A stretch of 62,732 nucleotides of DNA, from NCBI GenBank assembly GCA_013115125.1, contig JABANN010000142.1:1-62732 (forward strand), given 5' to 3'. Within the stretch, counting starts at the first letter, position 1, and every line of letters begins with the position of its first letter. The stretch comes from Perkinsus olseni (taxonomy: Eukaryota). Under the pieces are notes generated by a model. The model searched no databases. It had not been told where the DNA came from and saw only the letters and a list, made by a program, of their open reading frames with translations. The position numbers and the translations under genes are program-made. Shown in pieces: positions 1-17,416 of this stretch.

Positions 1-73
1 TGGCGGTTTCACGGTTACACATTTAGGCGGGCGATATACAAAGATACTGAGAGAGAGGCGTGCGAATCTCACA

Positions 74-213
74 TTGCCTTGGGTGCCCTTCCGGGATCGG
101 GTTGCCTTGGGCTCCCTTCCGGGATCGGGTTGCCTTGGGTTCCCTTCCGGTTTCGGGTTGCCTTGGGCTCCCTTCCGGTTTCGGGTTGCCTTGGGTTCCC
201 TTCCCGTTTCGGG
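74..213. repeat. Minisatellite, 5 x 28 bp (TTGCCTTGGGYTCCCTTCCGGKWTCGGG)
   Basis: Five adjacent near-identical 28-nt units starting at 74, 102, 130, 158 and 186, with no unique spacers. Confidence 0.9.
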
Positions 214-806
214 TGGGGTGTGGGCTTTTCGATTTTTCTCGATTTCCGGCTGCCCGTCCTCCCTCCGCGGCTTTTTCTCTTTCGATGTTCTACTAAGACT
301 ACTCGCTCGCGGATCCTGTCTCCCTCAAGCCGTATGCATGGTCATTGGATAAACTTCCCCCACTAGAAGTCCTTCCTCCCCCGCCAAGGCAGCAGTCACA
401 GCTACTTAGATGACTATAGTACTATTTATATTGTTTGTAATAGTATATTCATGCTTCCGTAATAGAGTGATTGACATTCAAGACTCCATAACTCTATGAG
501 CGCAAGATTGTGCTCTTAAGAAACTACAAGAGCGCAAGATTGTGTCAGCTAGGCTAATTGTCCCGCAAGTGTCATAGTAATATTGTAATACTACTATAAT
601 CATCTAATCCATCTACGCTACCCACTTGGCGTTGTGTATTGAGTCCTTGTACTTACGTCGACATCGGATTACAAGGAATTCGGACATTTGTCGATTATCA
701 AAGCGCGCGCTATCTGTCGATTATCAGGGCGCGCGCTAAATTTAGTGACAGATTTTGAGAATTTAGTGACAGACCCTGGCAGTGCCAAATTGTAGGTAAG
801 GTGTAG

Positions 807-5105
<4,299 letters not shown>

Positions 5106-6451
5106 CAAGGATTCCCTCAAATCGATCACGTGATCGATTTACGTCAATAGATATATTAGTATTATTCTCAAAAGATTGTGGTTACCCGAGACATCGTGAA
5201 ATTCGTCATTTCGGAGATACCCCCTCTTGTTGCGTTGGAGTAGTTCGAAACCTCCAATTACGCTTGCCCCTTTCACTCTCATGTTGACCTTGTGCACGAG
5301 AAGGGATTCGTAATCATCATAAAGGTCTGCCTGATGTTGGCCGCTGCAGTGGTGGATTGTAGTTGCTTGGACTCGGAGGAAATACTCATGTTTTGAGAGA
5401 TCGGGCTTCCTCTGGAGGATGACGTATGGTGTGGGAGCAGCGATCTGTTGCGGAGAGAATGTGATTTCGGTTGGTATGGAAGTGAGGAGGATTTACCTGG
5501 TTTCCGTTTTGTCGTTTTTTATCTTGGCTATGACACACGGCGGTCACCGTCACGGCTCATCTGGGAGTATTCGGACGAATGGTAAAACATCAGTGGCATC
5601 ACCGAGGAGGAGAAGAAGCTCTACTGGCGGCTCTTGCGGCGATGTAATAGGAAATTTTGGGAGAGAATTTTTTCTGTGAATATTTTTACATTGTCTTGGC
5701 AAGAGTTAATCGTCGAGCACTCGAAGTTTTACCGTATCCGAGGCAGGGTAGTAATTAAAAGCGCATATTTGATTCGACTTTTCCGCGTGGAGCGGGTTCA
5801 AGTACCATCCAGTATTCTCGGTGGGGTTGAAAGTACGTACTCGAACGGAGTCTGAACGTGAATCGAGACAACGTGCACAGAGAGGAATGCCATTGCCGCT
5901 CGCGCCGCAACGCCGTCCTCAGCGATTTTGGACGTGCGGCCAGCGAGGAGGCGGCGCCACGGTGGAAGATGAGATAGTACAACCGGAGGTCACGAGAATA
6001 GAGCAGGAAGAGACTGTGGAGACGGTAGGGTGAAAATTCATCCGCATCACCAGCAGTGGGAAGTCGAGAGTAGTCGTTTCGGAGTGTTAGTACGTTCTTG
6101 CTGGGACATGGTGCTTTTAGAGTATCTTTACAATTCCCACTAAGAAGCTCTTCAGCAGTACCGCTTGATCTGAAAGTGTTTGATGTTATGTCCCTTCGTA
6201 ATTATCTTTTTCGGAGTCCTCTCGGATGGTTGTTGCTGAGAAATTACGAAGTCCCGGCTGGACAACCTTATCCTTGCGGGGCCTGCTGTAGGAAGGTTTT
6301 TGTGTTCATTATTACCGAATGTAATTTATTTTTTGCGAGCGAAAAGCAGATCAAATAACTTGGTAGTGTCTACCCGTTTGATAGACTTTGAGATGGTCGA
6401 GGTTGTCGCACTGCCCGATTTTCATAGGTCACGCGGAAGGTTTCTGGTGGT

Positions 6452-9400
6452 ATGAGTGGTGACTTGGCACCGACTGTGAATGTTGACGCTAAGACTGGGG
6501 AGACGGGGGCATCGCCTGCTGCTGGTAATGTTAATTTTCTCGCGTCGTATGAAAATCGAACGCTTCCTGTAGGTGTCACTGAAGAGACTCGGAACGATGT
6601 CGTAGAGGTAGGGGAAGGAGTGGTACGGAATAAGATATTTTGATGTGCGTAGTGCCAGGCTCCTAAGGTGAAGTGCAACGCTCAGGGCGAAGAGTGGACG
6701 GATCCGCCGCTGTCGGATGAGGAGAAGGAGGTCGTATGGGTGGGGTTGCCTCTTGGATGTTCGTCCTTGAGATATTTTTTCATGTTTTTCTGTTTTCGTC
6801 GGTGTTGTTCCCTTTTCACGAAGTGAGTACAAACCGTGTGAGTCTGTTATATTCACGAATGCTGCTGTTGACTTCTAGTCGTCAAAATCCTCTGTGATAT
6901 TCGTTCCATGATAATGGCATCGTGGTAAAGCTACAGTATCTTTCTTTACGTGACGTGGAGGTCATCCGGGATATAATCGATCTTATCGCATTCTCGGTCG
7001 CATGTGTTTCTATGATACTTCCGCCCAGATGTGGTACTGTGGATCCGGCAACCACTAGAAGGATTTCTGCGTTGCCTTTTTCATTATCAGCTGGGCCAGC
7101 GAAACTGACTTTCTCTTCGACGCTGTCAGGTTTTCGCGGAGGTTGTTAAGGGCGTTGGCAGCGATGCCCTGATGATAGAGGACATGAATATGATGCGATT
7201 CATACGGGGATACTCGCATGAGAAAAACAGAATTCCCGCCACTGTGTCGTAAGCAAAAAGGGGGGGGGCAGAAGTTGAATTCAATCTAGCCAGCGTTCCG
7301 GAAATTCGGGATATTTTTTTGACCGTCCTCATGTGTTGGCGATTTTGAGATGGTTGTTGTGAAATTGCTGAGAGTAGAGAGGCTCTCGTGAGTAACGAAA
7401 TCTTCGGAAGTGAAATTCGTCGCCAACCAGTAGACGTTGCCGACCATTCTTTGGAGTATGCGAGACTTGATAGCGCCTTTAGAACAACTTCGGAGCATGC
7501 AAACAGCCCCTGGATGTGCAACGCTGGCGAAAATTTCAACAGGGAAATTCTGAGAGATCCTGTGAGAGTATGCCCGAAGGCGGCATGGAAATTCTTAACT
7601 CTTTTTACGCATTTTTGTTGGGTCGTTCATGGCGCAGGTATCTTCGTTGTATGTTGAGGTGGCGCAAGACAGAAGGGGCTGATGAGAAGATGGGTATGCT
7701 CGTGGAGACACCTATCACGGATATCCCACGGTGCCCTTTGGTGGACCCGGAATGCATGAAGCCTCTGGAATGGTAGGGCAGCGTTGGGGAAATGCAAGAT
7801 TTGGCAAGTTTTCAAGTGAAAGTTGGTCGAAGATTTCGCCGGGTTTGTGAAGGTACTTCTACGGGATGTCGAAATTCGGAACTCCAGTGGTGTACATGAA
7901 GATACCCACTGCCTCAACCTATACGAAGCTTGGTCTTGACAGATGTAATCTCGACCTGGTTTGTATCTTGCAATGGTCAACCTCGGATACGTTCAGGTAT
8001 GGAACAACACGTGGTAGAGATGGAGATAATAGAACGCATAAAGATGCAATTAAGATACTCAGGATGGAAGGGCTATAAACACATGATGGTGAGAGGTGCC
8101 GGGATTGAACCTGCGCGGCTTTGCCTTCATTTGCTCGGTGAAGGACCGCTGTCCTCTATCAACTCTCTGCTCTCCCGGCGTTCTCCGTACTCGACTGTGA
8201 ATACAACGCTGAGAGTTATCATCAACACTAGTCTTCAATATCATGAGCACTCAAAGTTTGTGGAGTGTCTAATTATTGCACAATCGTATCCTGAGGTTGA
8301 TTATTGCATCTTCCGATTCAGGTTATTGATATGAAGAACGTGAGTCTGAGTCACGCAAAGGGAAGCTTCGTCAGCGGCTTCAAGAAGCAACTTAATATTG
8401 ATCAGTGAGTTCGCTGGCCTGGGTGCTTTCTCGAGCTTCTGTAACCGAAGAAAACTCGAAATGAGCTGTTCGAGATAGTGTTTTATTCGTGCTGGTTCCC
8501 AATCGAATCATGGGCTTACCGATTTCAAAATTGAAATTCAGTAGAAGTCTGATTGAAACTCTTCAAAGTTATCGAGAAATTGAGTTTCTCGGTCGTATTC
8601 CGAACTAATGTGGAGCACTGTAGGAAGAACTACTCCGTTCTATCACCGCGCAGCTCTTCTGAGGGTTCAACTCCCATCTGGGAACTTTCCAATGAAAATA
8701 TAACATTTGGGCTACTGAAAGTTGTTTGAGTTAGACTGCGGAAGAGTGTTGAGGTGTTCATGAGTGGAAGGATAACAACGATCTTGAAGGATCTTGCGTC
8801 AAGTTCGGTCTGCGCGCGTATCTCATTTTATCTGCACGCAGATACTACTATCCCGAGGTGCTGAGCAAGATGGTGGTGGTCAATGCTGGCGTGGTGATCA
8901 GTACATTGTGGAAGATGGTGAAGCCGTGGGTGGACCCGATAACAGTCGGTGCGTGCATCGCTCCGCCCGGATTTTGTTGCATTTTGTCGCTCTTTTTCCA
9001 GATCGTATCAAGATCAGCGGCTCATCCCATCCGGTGAAGACGATCTCGGAGTTCGTAGATCCGAAGTACATTCCAAAGGTGAGTTGTGGGGGCTAACGCG
9101 TCCTTCGGAAAAAGCGAAGATCGGACAGCGACAGCGATCTTCTCTCTTTTCTTGGACTCCTGTTCTCCGAGAGCGAGCGAGAGTGGCTCTCCCTCGTGCT
9201 GGCTTGAATCGGCGCTCGGTTGGCGGATGATCGGCGAGTATTGCAAAATGCGGTAATTCGTTCAACGAGAACTCCCTTCGTTCCATTTCCCTACTGAGGC
9301 GTATCTTTCAGGAGTATGGAGGTGATGGTGAACTTGAGCCTGTTATGTGGGGAGAAAGATACCTCCAGTGTGACGATGACATCCCTCTACCTAAGCTGCA

Positions 9401-9636
9401 TCGGGTAACGTCGCGCGCCGCGAAATTCATCCCGTCTCGGGACGGGCCAGAGAACGGTGGTTTTGTCATAGCGCTGTCTTGTCCGCGGTGGGTTTTCGCT
9501 CGGGAGGGCTCTCATAGTGTCGACTGACGTTTCTCTGGTTTAGGTTGGTGGTTGCGATTTTTGGCCGACGCCTCCTCCCGAGAGTGAATGGAGCTTGCTG
9601 CCGGAGATGCCTGTGAAGCATCAGTCGTCGAAATGA
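6452..9636 (+). CDS. SEC14/CRAL-TRIO lipid-binding protein, multi-exon
   Basis: Exon peptides MRFIRGY, MLRWRK, FYGMSKFGTPVVY, VIDMKNVSLSH, YYYPEVLSKMVVVNA..LWKMVKPWVDPIT and IPKEYGG match the CRAL-TRIO signature. Confidence 0.85.
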
Positions 9637-10194
9637 GAACCCACAATCCAAGAATCGCTGTTTGGAGTTGAGAGACGTCCCGCTCAATGAAGAAGGAATT
9701 CTACTACTAATACTACTTACCGATCAAATAAACTGTCCAGTTGACGAAGCTTCTGAGTGCCTGCCGGTATAGTGTTTATTTGCTCCTCTGCTGCCAAGGA
9801 GTATCGTTTTCGATGAAAGGTCCTGCGCGACGGTATTCCAGTGTTTCTAAACCCCGTTCCAAGTGATCTTCGTGAGTGATACCCTGATACACGAAATCTC
9901 ACAAGCTGAGTCGCAGTAACAACAGAGAAATCCAAAAAATAATGTAATGTTTTATCGTTGTGTGAGGGGGTTCAAGTTGCTTGGCTATGCGCGTAGGGGT
10001 AGACACCACTGCTGTGAACCACCATGCTTAACGGTGTGATATGAGCTTGTAGTGAGGGGGTGTGTCAACCCCCGGGGTAGCCAGGCACTAGGGATTTGCT
10101 GCGGTTACCGTCGCTGGCGTCCGGTTTCCAGAGCTCATTATTTCAGTCCTATTTTCTCGCTTTATGCCTATAACCTTCCAACTGTCATTCCTTC

Positions 10195-11520
10195 ATGGAC
10201 TTACCACACGCGTTCACTTTCCGTCGTCCCCACTCGTCCCTGCGCTTTCTCGCCCCCAACGACACCTCTGCTGCCTCCACAGCGACCCATAACGATGGAG
10301 CAACTTCGGCGGCACTCTTCGCTACTGTTGTTTTTGTCGGTGTCATCATCACCGTTACGCTAGCCTGTGGTGAGTTGACGAGGAGAAATCATGGAGAATG
10401 GATTCAACTGTCGTCCGGACTTTCATTGGTGGAGAGAGGAATAGGTTCATGTCGCTCTTTCGAATGGCTTGAATTCCAAGTAAAAATCCGCAGCGGGTAC
10501 GGATCGACAGCTCGTTGGTGCGGAGGCATCCAACAGAATTTCTAGCGGAGTTTTCGGTGTTTTTGACGGGAGTTGGTCCAGCAGTTGTATGGAGTATGAT
10601 AACAGTTGAGCTGACTGCGTCTGCAGCGTGGGGAGACCTTGAAATTATCACCGCTTTTTTCAACTTTTTGTTCTTCATGTCAGAGTTTGGGTTCCCTACT
10701 TACTAGTAGGGAGCTCCTACTGATTTATGTCCTTTTTCGAGCGCGTTTGTTTCCCATATCGAGTAGTGGTATCATTTCAGTCATCCAATTCGTTCGTGGC
10801 GTGAAGCAGACTCGAGAGTCCGAGGAGAAGAGGCAGATCAGGCTAGCTCGGGTAAGCAGCTTGCAAGGGTTTCGTCGCCTCTGATCATCAGAGTCTGATG
10901 ATTCCTTTCAGGAACGCCGTACGACCGTGTCGAGCACGGAGAATATCTTGGCGCCCTCCGCGTCACAGCCTGTGATGGGTGAGCCACCGTGACTGCTGAT
11001 CCTCATAGGATAGATACTCTACTGGTTTCGTCGAAACGGTGTCGAAAGTTTCGAATGCTCATAGAAAATATTGGACGCCAGAGATCATCGTCTATAGCAC
11101 TTCTCACGGAATCTGTATACGGCACGACATTCTGGAGTGTTATGATTCATCGCTGTTTCAGGCGGTCGAGCAACCTCTTCCATGGCGGGGAGTTTGACTT
11201 CGAACACTCCGGCTAAGTCGCAGGAGTATGTGCCTAATGCCTCCTACCAGCACTGTGGTGAAGCCCCTCGACTCGAAGAGCTTCCACGAACCGCCGCCGC
11301 TGATGACGAGTACTACGACTCTGCCAGGAGGGCTGCTGAGGCTCGTCGACAGGCTGCCTCCATTGCTGCAAGACAGCTGGAGAGCATCACTAACGGAAGT
11401 GCTCATGCGTCGCACACTCCTCGGTTCAAGGCTCGACCGCCTCGACGACACAACCGTCGGTGTACTACCACCAAGGTGCCAAAAGAGACAGCAGTTAAGA
11501 AGAATATCTCATCGCTCTGA
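10195..11520 (+). CDS. Hypothetical multi-pass membrane protein, multi-exon
   Basis: Phase-compatible GT-AG exons give hydrophobic segments (LFATVVFVGVIITVTLAC, IITAFFNFLFFM) and a hydrophilic tail ending at TGA 11518-11520. No family recognised. Confidence 0.5.
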
Positions 11521-12186
11521 GTTTTCTGTATTTTTACCTTTTTTGAAGGAAACAATTTTGTAGTTAGAAACATCAACTCTATTACTGTACTCTGGGTATT
11601 ATGCGTATCTTAATTTGCGCACAGCGAAGGTTTTCGCGTCCCAGGAAAGATCCTTCTGCTACCTGCGCTGCTACTGTATTTAACCACCCGTACTACTATT
11701 CTGTAGACTTACAGGAAATAAGCTATCACATTGCTACCGTGTAATTTTACACGGGAATTTTTTCGTCTGAAGGGCACCTTGCAAAAGCGAGGGAGCGACT
11801 TCAGCGTGCCTTGCTGTGTTCAGTGAAGAACTTTTATTGAACTCCGAAAAATCCACAGTTTTTTCTGTCAAAGTTTTCTGGTCGGTGCGTGGCAGACACC
11901 GGCAGGAAACTATATCACCATTTCGTTTTTGGTCGAGCAGGGAAGTCCCGTCCTTTGGGGAGAGGATTCCGCCCCGTTGTATTGTGCTACTTCTTCACTG
12001 GCAACCTCAAAATCCCATTGAAGAAATGGTTGTAAGCATTGCTAGTGTCTCTCCTGTTTCTTCTGATCTCGAGTAATCATCTGCATCACTTCATCGATGG
12101 ACGACCCTCGTACCTGAACGGAACCGTCAGCTGTGCATTTCGACTTGAGTTCTGTTTCGTTACGGGAGTGGGGAGATAATTTCATA

Positions 12187-13107
12187 ATGTCAGCCATAAG
12201 TCAAATGGGAAAGCAGCGAGGATTCAAACCACAAGGGATGGATAACCCACTCCTTTTGGGCCGAAGTGAACAGTCGGAGCCCTCAGGACCATCGATTGAA
12301 GACCGAATCGCAGAGAGGTACGTCCGTAAAAGGTGTTGGAAATTATACCGCGTACGTGGCTTCTCTCGCTTAGCACTGGACTGAACTGTGGCGACTGCTA
12401 AGCTACTATCTGTGGCGTACCGATCGTTCTCATCCTCGTTGGTTGATCGTGAGCAAATTGTGTGGACTGTCGAGCATCATCCTTCAGACAGAAGACGGGT
12501 CTTACCTGGGAGGAGTTCAAAGCCCAATTAGCTTCAACAGAGTCAAGAAGTAAATAAGTGGCGTGGGTTACGTTGAATGCAAAGTGGTCGCTCCTCTAGG
12601 TGCCAAGTATCTGGAGAAGTTCGAGAATGAGGAATACCGCAAGAGCCTGGACGCTGATCGAGATGAGCGGAGAGCCGCTCAGGAGAAGCGAGATTTGGAT
12701 GCTCTGCGTCGGGCGAGAAAGATTCGTGAATCGCGTAAGTGCCGTGGAAATTGCCCAACGGAGAATGATTGAACTTTACCGCAGGAAAGAAGCGAAGCCG
12801 ATCATTGTCAAGTGAGAGTAGTGGTGATCCTCGGAAAAAGGAGAAGCGGAAAAGTTCGAAGCGCTCATCTTCGAGAACGGACCGGAAGTGAGTCGGGCAT
12901 CGACTCAAGGAAAGGACGCATGCTTGAAGAATTTCGGGGTGCTTGTTTGTAAGAGTTGCTCGCTTCAGGTCTAAGTCCTCTCGCCGGCGGCATTCCTCGG
13001 AAGATGAGGCGTCGGCTAGGAAGAAAGCGAAGAAAGAAAAGAAGAAGAAAACTAACATGTATAGTTTGTCTCAATACTTCAGCAGCCGGGACAGCGATAG
13101 TGACTGA
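12187..13107 (+). CDS. FAM133-like Lys/Arg/Ser-rich nuclear protein
   Basis: MGKQR..MDNPLLLGRS..SGPSIED..LTWEEFKAQL..LEKFE..YRKSLD resembles the FAM133 N-terminus; K/R/S-rich tail ends SDSD*. Confidence 0.65.
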
Positions 13108-13119
13108 TCACACAACATT

Positions 13120-14130
13120 TAAGAAGAATAAAGATCTTGGGTTGTCCCGTAAATTCGAAAACAGTGCGTTCGGTTCTGATTATCCTCTCGCTCCAGTCAA
13201 TGGTAGTGGGCGGGCGACGTGCTGCACGTTGCCCACTCACCTCTCCAAGAGCCAACGCTTCGAGTCTACGCTCAGTATCGGGCTCGATTCTAGTTCAGTA
13301 TATAGTTAAGACATCCTGATGAGCGCTTGGTGCTGTCTGATTGGATGTAGTTGCTCAGTCCTCTAAGCACCCAGAGATGATCGACAACGTCTTCAAGCCG
13401 CTGAACAAGTCCAGATATGATAATCCTCTCAACCTTAGCATGTTGTTCTTCAACGGCTTCTGGCGCACTGGGCGAAGGTGATTCAGTCAATCGTAATAAC
13501 TCGTCATTACTACGTTTGCCAGAATCGAGTCTTCAAAATAAACAATCAGCCTTTTCATCTTAGGCGCTTGCTCTACTAGCTCCTCTATCATGAAGGCCAT
13601 GATGGCCGTTAGGGCGGATAACCACCTTGTTTCGACGGCAAATGGTATTAGTTTCCCCCTTATTCCTATCTCTCAGAGAAAATCTCTGGGTCTTTTTGTC
13701 AGATTGTTTTTTTCGCAAAGCTCATGTGCAAGAACTTCGCTACGACTCCGGTGGAGTGAGCCAGCTCGTAGAACTGTCCCCGGTGTATCTCTCAGCTGAT
13801 CCCTCGGATACTCTACTACTATGAGGCCGAAGGCTCTCAGAGGTCTCCTGAAATCTGGCGAGATGGGTGAAGATCATCTCAACGCTACGCGCACGGAGAC
13901 CGGGAGTCCCACCGGCTACAAAAAATGCTTCGTTGTCATAGCCGACGACGCACGCTATTCCAGCACATGCCGAGTTTTCCCAGAAAGCCATCCAAGTAAC
14001 CATATTTTCGCTATACCAGTATTCCTCGTCGAGAGGTAGGATAATGTTTGTCAGGCGTTCTACCTTGTTTTCTCGCGCTCAGTGCCCCCGGCATACGAAG
14101 CTGAAATCCTCATTGCTGCATATGGTGAGA
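13120..14130 (-). pseudogene. Decayed ORF, paralogous in part to the segment near 15390-15760
   Basis: ORFs 13740-14003 and 13290-13490 share a frame but are separated by stops. Segment 13148-13220 aligns with 15448-15520. Confidence 0.35.
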
Positions 14131-14853
14131 ATTTCTGAAATAGGTGTCGAGGTCATGGTAATCTGATAAACTGAAGATCATCCTAAAATCGGCGATAGCT
14201 GCGGCAAGTGCGCCCACCGTGCCACCACGCTCAGACAGGGCGAGTTACTCTTTGCAATCGAAAGATTCGCCGAACAACATCAACAATAATGCGGCCCCGC
14301 ATCGCCGACGGCCGTCGGTGAATACGGATTGGGTAAGACGGCGATGGAGCAGTGGTTCCGAAAGCATCGATAGCTGCTTAATGAGCAGTGCTTATCGAAA
14401 GTAATCTACGAGGATCATGTAGGGAAAATCGGCCAAGGTATATTGAGCGGCCTGACAGAGCTCTCATCGAAGCCATACTCGTGAGTTGCCATGCTTCTGA
14501 GGCTGTCTCGTGAACAGGTTACTCGATGCGAAACAAGCGGTATTCTATAATAGAAATGAATAACTCTCTAACGTTATACGCGACAGGCTCAACCTCTTCA
14601 CGGCGTGCGAGGTGGCCAAGACAAGTCAAGTCCTGCTCCGAACAAACTGCATTTAGCAAGTTTTACTACCAGTTCACTGGCGCTCAGTCCCTCGAGAACT
14701 GTCGCGACATCTTTTGTATGTTGCTCTTGCAACCCGGATGATAACGTCATCTAGGTGAACCAAGCAATACTTATAGATGGTTCTTCTAGGACGCATGTTG
14801 CCTTGCAGCGCTGGAATTCTGAGACGGCCGTTTCAAGGCCAAAGGACAATCTC

Positions 14854-15160
14854 CAGGGTGGCCCAGCGGGGAAGAATGCTATTCTTTCTTACCGGGAATT
14901 CCGGAAAGTCCCGGGAAGAAAGAATGCTCAATATTCCCAGGAAGAATGTTTGAGACTCTTCCCGGGTATTTAGGTGCTTCATTCCAATGGTTTGACTTGA
15001 GGGAGGATCGAGTACGGGCGGGTATGCGCGAAAAAAATTTGGGGGGCTTGTTTCAATGGGGAAGAATGCATTCTTTCTTCCCGGCTATATTCCCGGGAAT
15101 TCCCGGAAATTCCCGGGAATGGGAAGAATGATCCATTCTTCCCACTTTTGGGCCACCCTG
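14854..15160. mobile_element. Non-autonomous hAT-type MITE (307 bp)
   Basis: TIRs CAGGGTGGCCCA...TGGGCCACCCTG, exact 8-bp TSD ACAATCTC (14846-14853 and 15161-15168), subterminal GGAAGAATG and CCGGGAA repeats. Confidence 0.9.
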
Positions 15161-17120
15161 ACAATCTCCACTTATATTCTCGAGTATTTGAAGGCGCCAG
15201 TATTTTCTGCAACAAACGCGGCATACTTGACACTGTCGAGGTGCATTTTTATTTGACGGTAGCTCATTCTAAGACCCAGCGAAGTAAACTACATCACTTC
15301 GTTTGTATTTTCCATCAACCAGAGAATGCAAGATATGGATAAGAGAAGATGAGGATGAAAGTGACTCACTCCGCGTGAGGATAAAATTTTCTCATCCTCT
15401 AATTCCACTTTGGAATATGGATGAGCAGTTTCGGCTCGCTGTGCTCTCGTAGATTCGAGAACAGTGCGTTCGGCTCAGATTACCCTCTCGCTCGAGTCGA
15501 TGGGAATGGGCGGGCGACGGGATGTTGGGAGTACGAATATTTCTCGCCCTACGGCTCTCAGAGCAGTGCTCTGTTTTCGGGAAGCCAACGGCGTTGGCCC
15601 ACCGCCCTCTCATCGAAGTGAGCGAGATAATTGGATAGACTGACCGGTCCGTCAGCTACGTTGTCGAGGCTCGGAGCTCATCCAGTGATTCGAGACGGAG
15701 TGATCAGCTCTACAGAGTCTGCGAGCACATTATGGGGTTCCGCAGTTCGACACCTGACTAACTAAATCATCGTTGTGGCGGCATTAGTGACGTCCCTAGT
15801 GCTGCCATGAGACGGTCCACTTTAAGATGTTTTGCAGACGCGTCGCAATCTTCGGACTGAAGGAATCCTTTAAAAGGATTGAGTTGTAACTCCAGAACCA
15901 CTGTAAACGACTCTCGCTGAGATATTCAAGCTAACAAAATCTATGAAAAAATGTATCACGACATGACATATTCTGAGATTCTCTATCGAGATAATCTATC
16001 GAGACATCAACCCGAAATGGGCATATGGTCCGACTCAGATCGGCACTCGGAGTTGTACAGAAAATTCGGTGAACATGCACAAAAATTCGAATCCCAGGAT
16101 GTTAGTTTGATCTGAGCTGCTGAGACTTTCAGCCTTGGCAAATTGCTAGGCGAGATCCTCAAGACAGCTGGCATGCAAGAGCTACTTGAACAGCTTCAGA
16201 AATAGTACAATGGCGGTTTGATTGACGCAGAGAACCCCAAACCGCACGGGGAGCTTACACTAAGAGCGTGCACGGGGGGACGAAGTGGGCCGAGAGATTT
16301 ACCGGACAGAGAAAGTATGGAGTGGGAAGTTGTATATATAGATTCTAGATCACCCAAATTGAACATATCAGTGATATGATATCACCGTGGAACTATCACG
16401 CGCAGCCAGAACTGAGAAACATCGAATTATAAGGTTGGCTACTGCGTGGCCAGGCTTGCTGGTGATGATGTATGCACGCCTATCCTTTCGACCCGTATCG
16501 TGAGGATATGAAAGCGACTTGCGAGAAAACCTTGAGGTCCCTTACGGTTTGTGCTCCTTGTGAGCCCTTGTAAAATAGGCCCCTGGTCTTCATGCCTTCA
16601 TGCTTGCCGAAGGAGACAGTTCCTAGCGCGCTTCATGGTGCGCGCTTGACCATGTGAGAGACTTCGCGTCAATACCTTCCGAGTCACTTGAGTCAGTGAG
16701 AGGTGGTAGCATATAAGTCCTGAGAGTGTGAGCCTACAGAAGAACTCAGCAGAGGGAATACTGAGACACGGAAGTCCTCGCAATTCGAACAATGAGCGGC
16801 TAAGCAGCCATCGATTGAAGACGAACGAATCTCATGTTCAAGTAGACAGGGAGACAGTCCCAGGGGGTACGTAAGCCCAATCCGAGGGTAACTCCAGTAC
16901 GGGACGAAGCTGAGGAACTTCCTTAGAGGAAGTCCCAGAAATGAGATAAGTAGTCCAAGCGAACTCCATACGCAACCTAGTGGCGTACACAAACGTGAGA
17001 GGCGACGTGCCAGGTAACATTATGTTCCGAACATAATGGTGCCAGCGAGACTCGCCACCGACCGCTGCCCTCTGCTGCTAGTACTGCCCTCACCATTCTT
17101 ATCATTTCTGAGGGCTTGTC

Positions 17121-17190
17121 TACTGTGAGGGGTCGAACCCGGGTCACCAGGGTGATAGTCAGCCGCTCTACGTACTGAACTAAATTTGCC
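17121..17190 (-). pseudogene. tRNA-derived relic (SINE-like or tRNA pseudogene)
   Basis: Minus strand has A-box-like TAGTTCAGTACGTAGAGC, loop CTATCAC and B-box GGGTTCGACCC at tRNA spacing; acceptor and anticodon stems pair poorly. Confidence 0.5.
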
Positions 17191-17257
17191 GGGTTCCCGC
17201 GAAGTTCAAAGTCCTCTTTGGACTTGCCTGTCGTAGCGGAGCGGAGCGTGATTCACG

Positions 17258-17416
17258 CCCTAGGAACGTTCCTGAGGCACGTTCTTCAAGAACGTGTTTG
17301 ATGAACATGCCTGAAGTTCATGCCCAGGAACGTTCCCGAAACTTTCCGGGAACGTATTTATTGAACACAATGTCAGGAACGTTCTTGAGGAACGTTCTTC
17401 AAGAACGTTCCTGGGA
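17258..17416. repeat. Fold-back array of GAACGTTC-based units (MITE-like)
   Basis: About 40-nt ends are imperfect reverse complements; interior built from repeated RRGAACGTTCYT units. Confidence 0.65.

Noticed and set aside
74-213. CRISPR array or telomere
   Set aside because: Units are contiguous with no unique spacers, there are no cas genes, the context is eukaryotic, and it is not a 6-7-nt telomeric repeat.
7845-7852. In-frame TGA as selenocysteine or readthrough in the SEC14 gene
   Set aside because: Using the acceptor GTGAAG|GTAC places the TGA in the intron and gives W-Y-F-Y-G.
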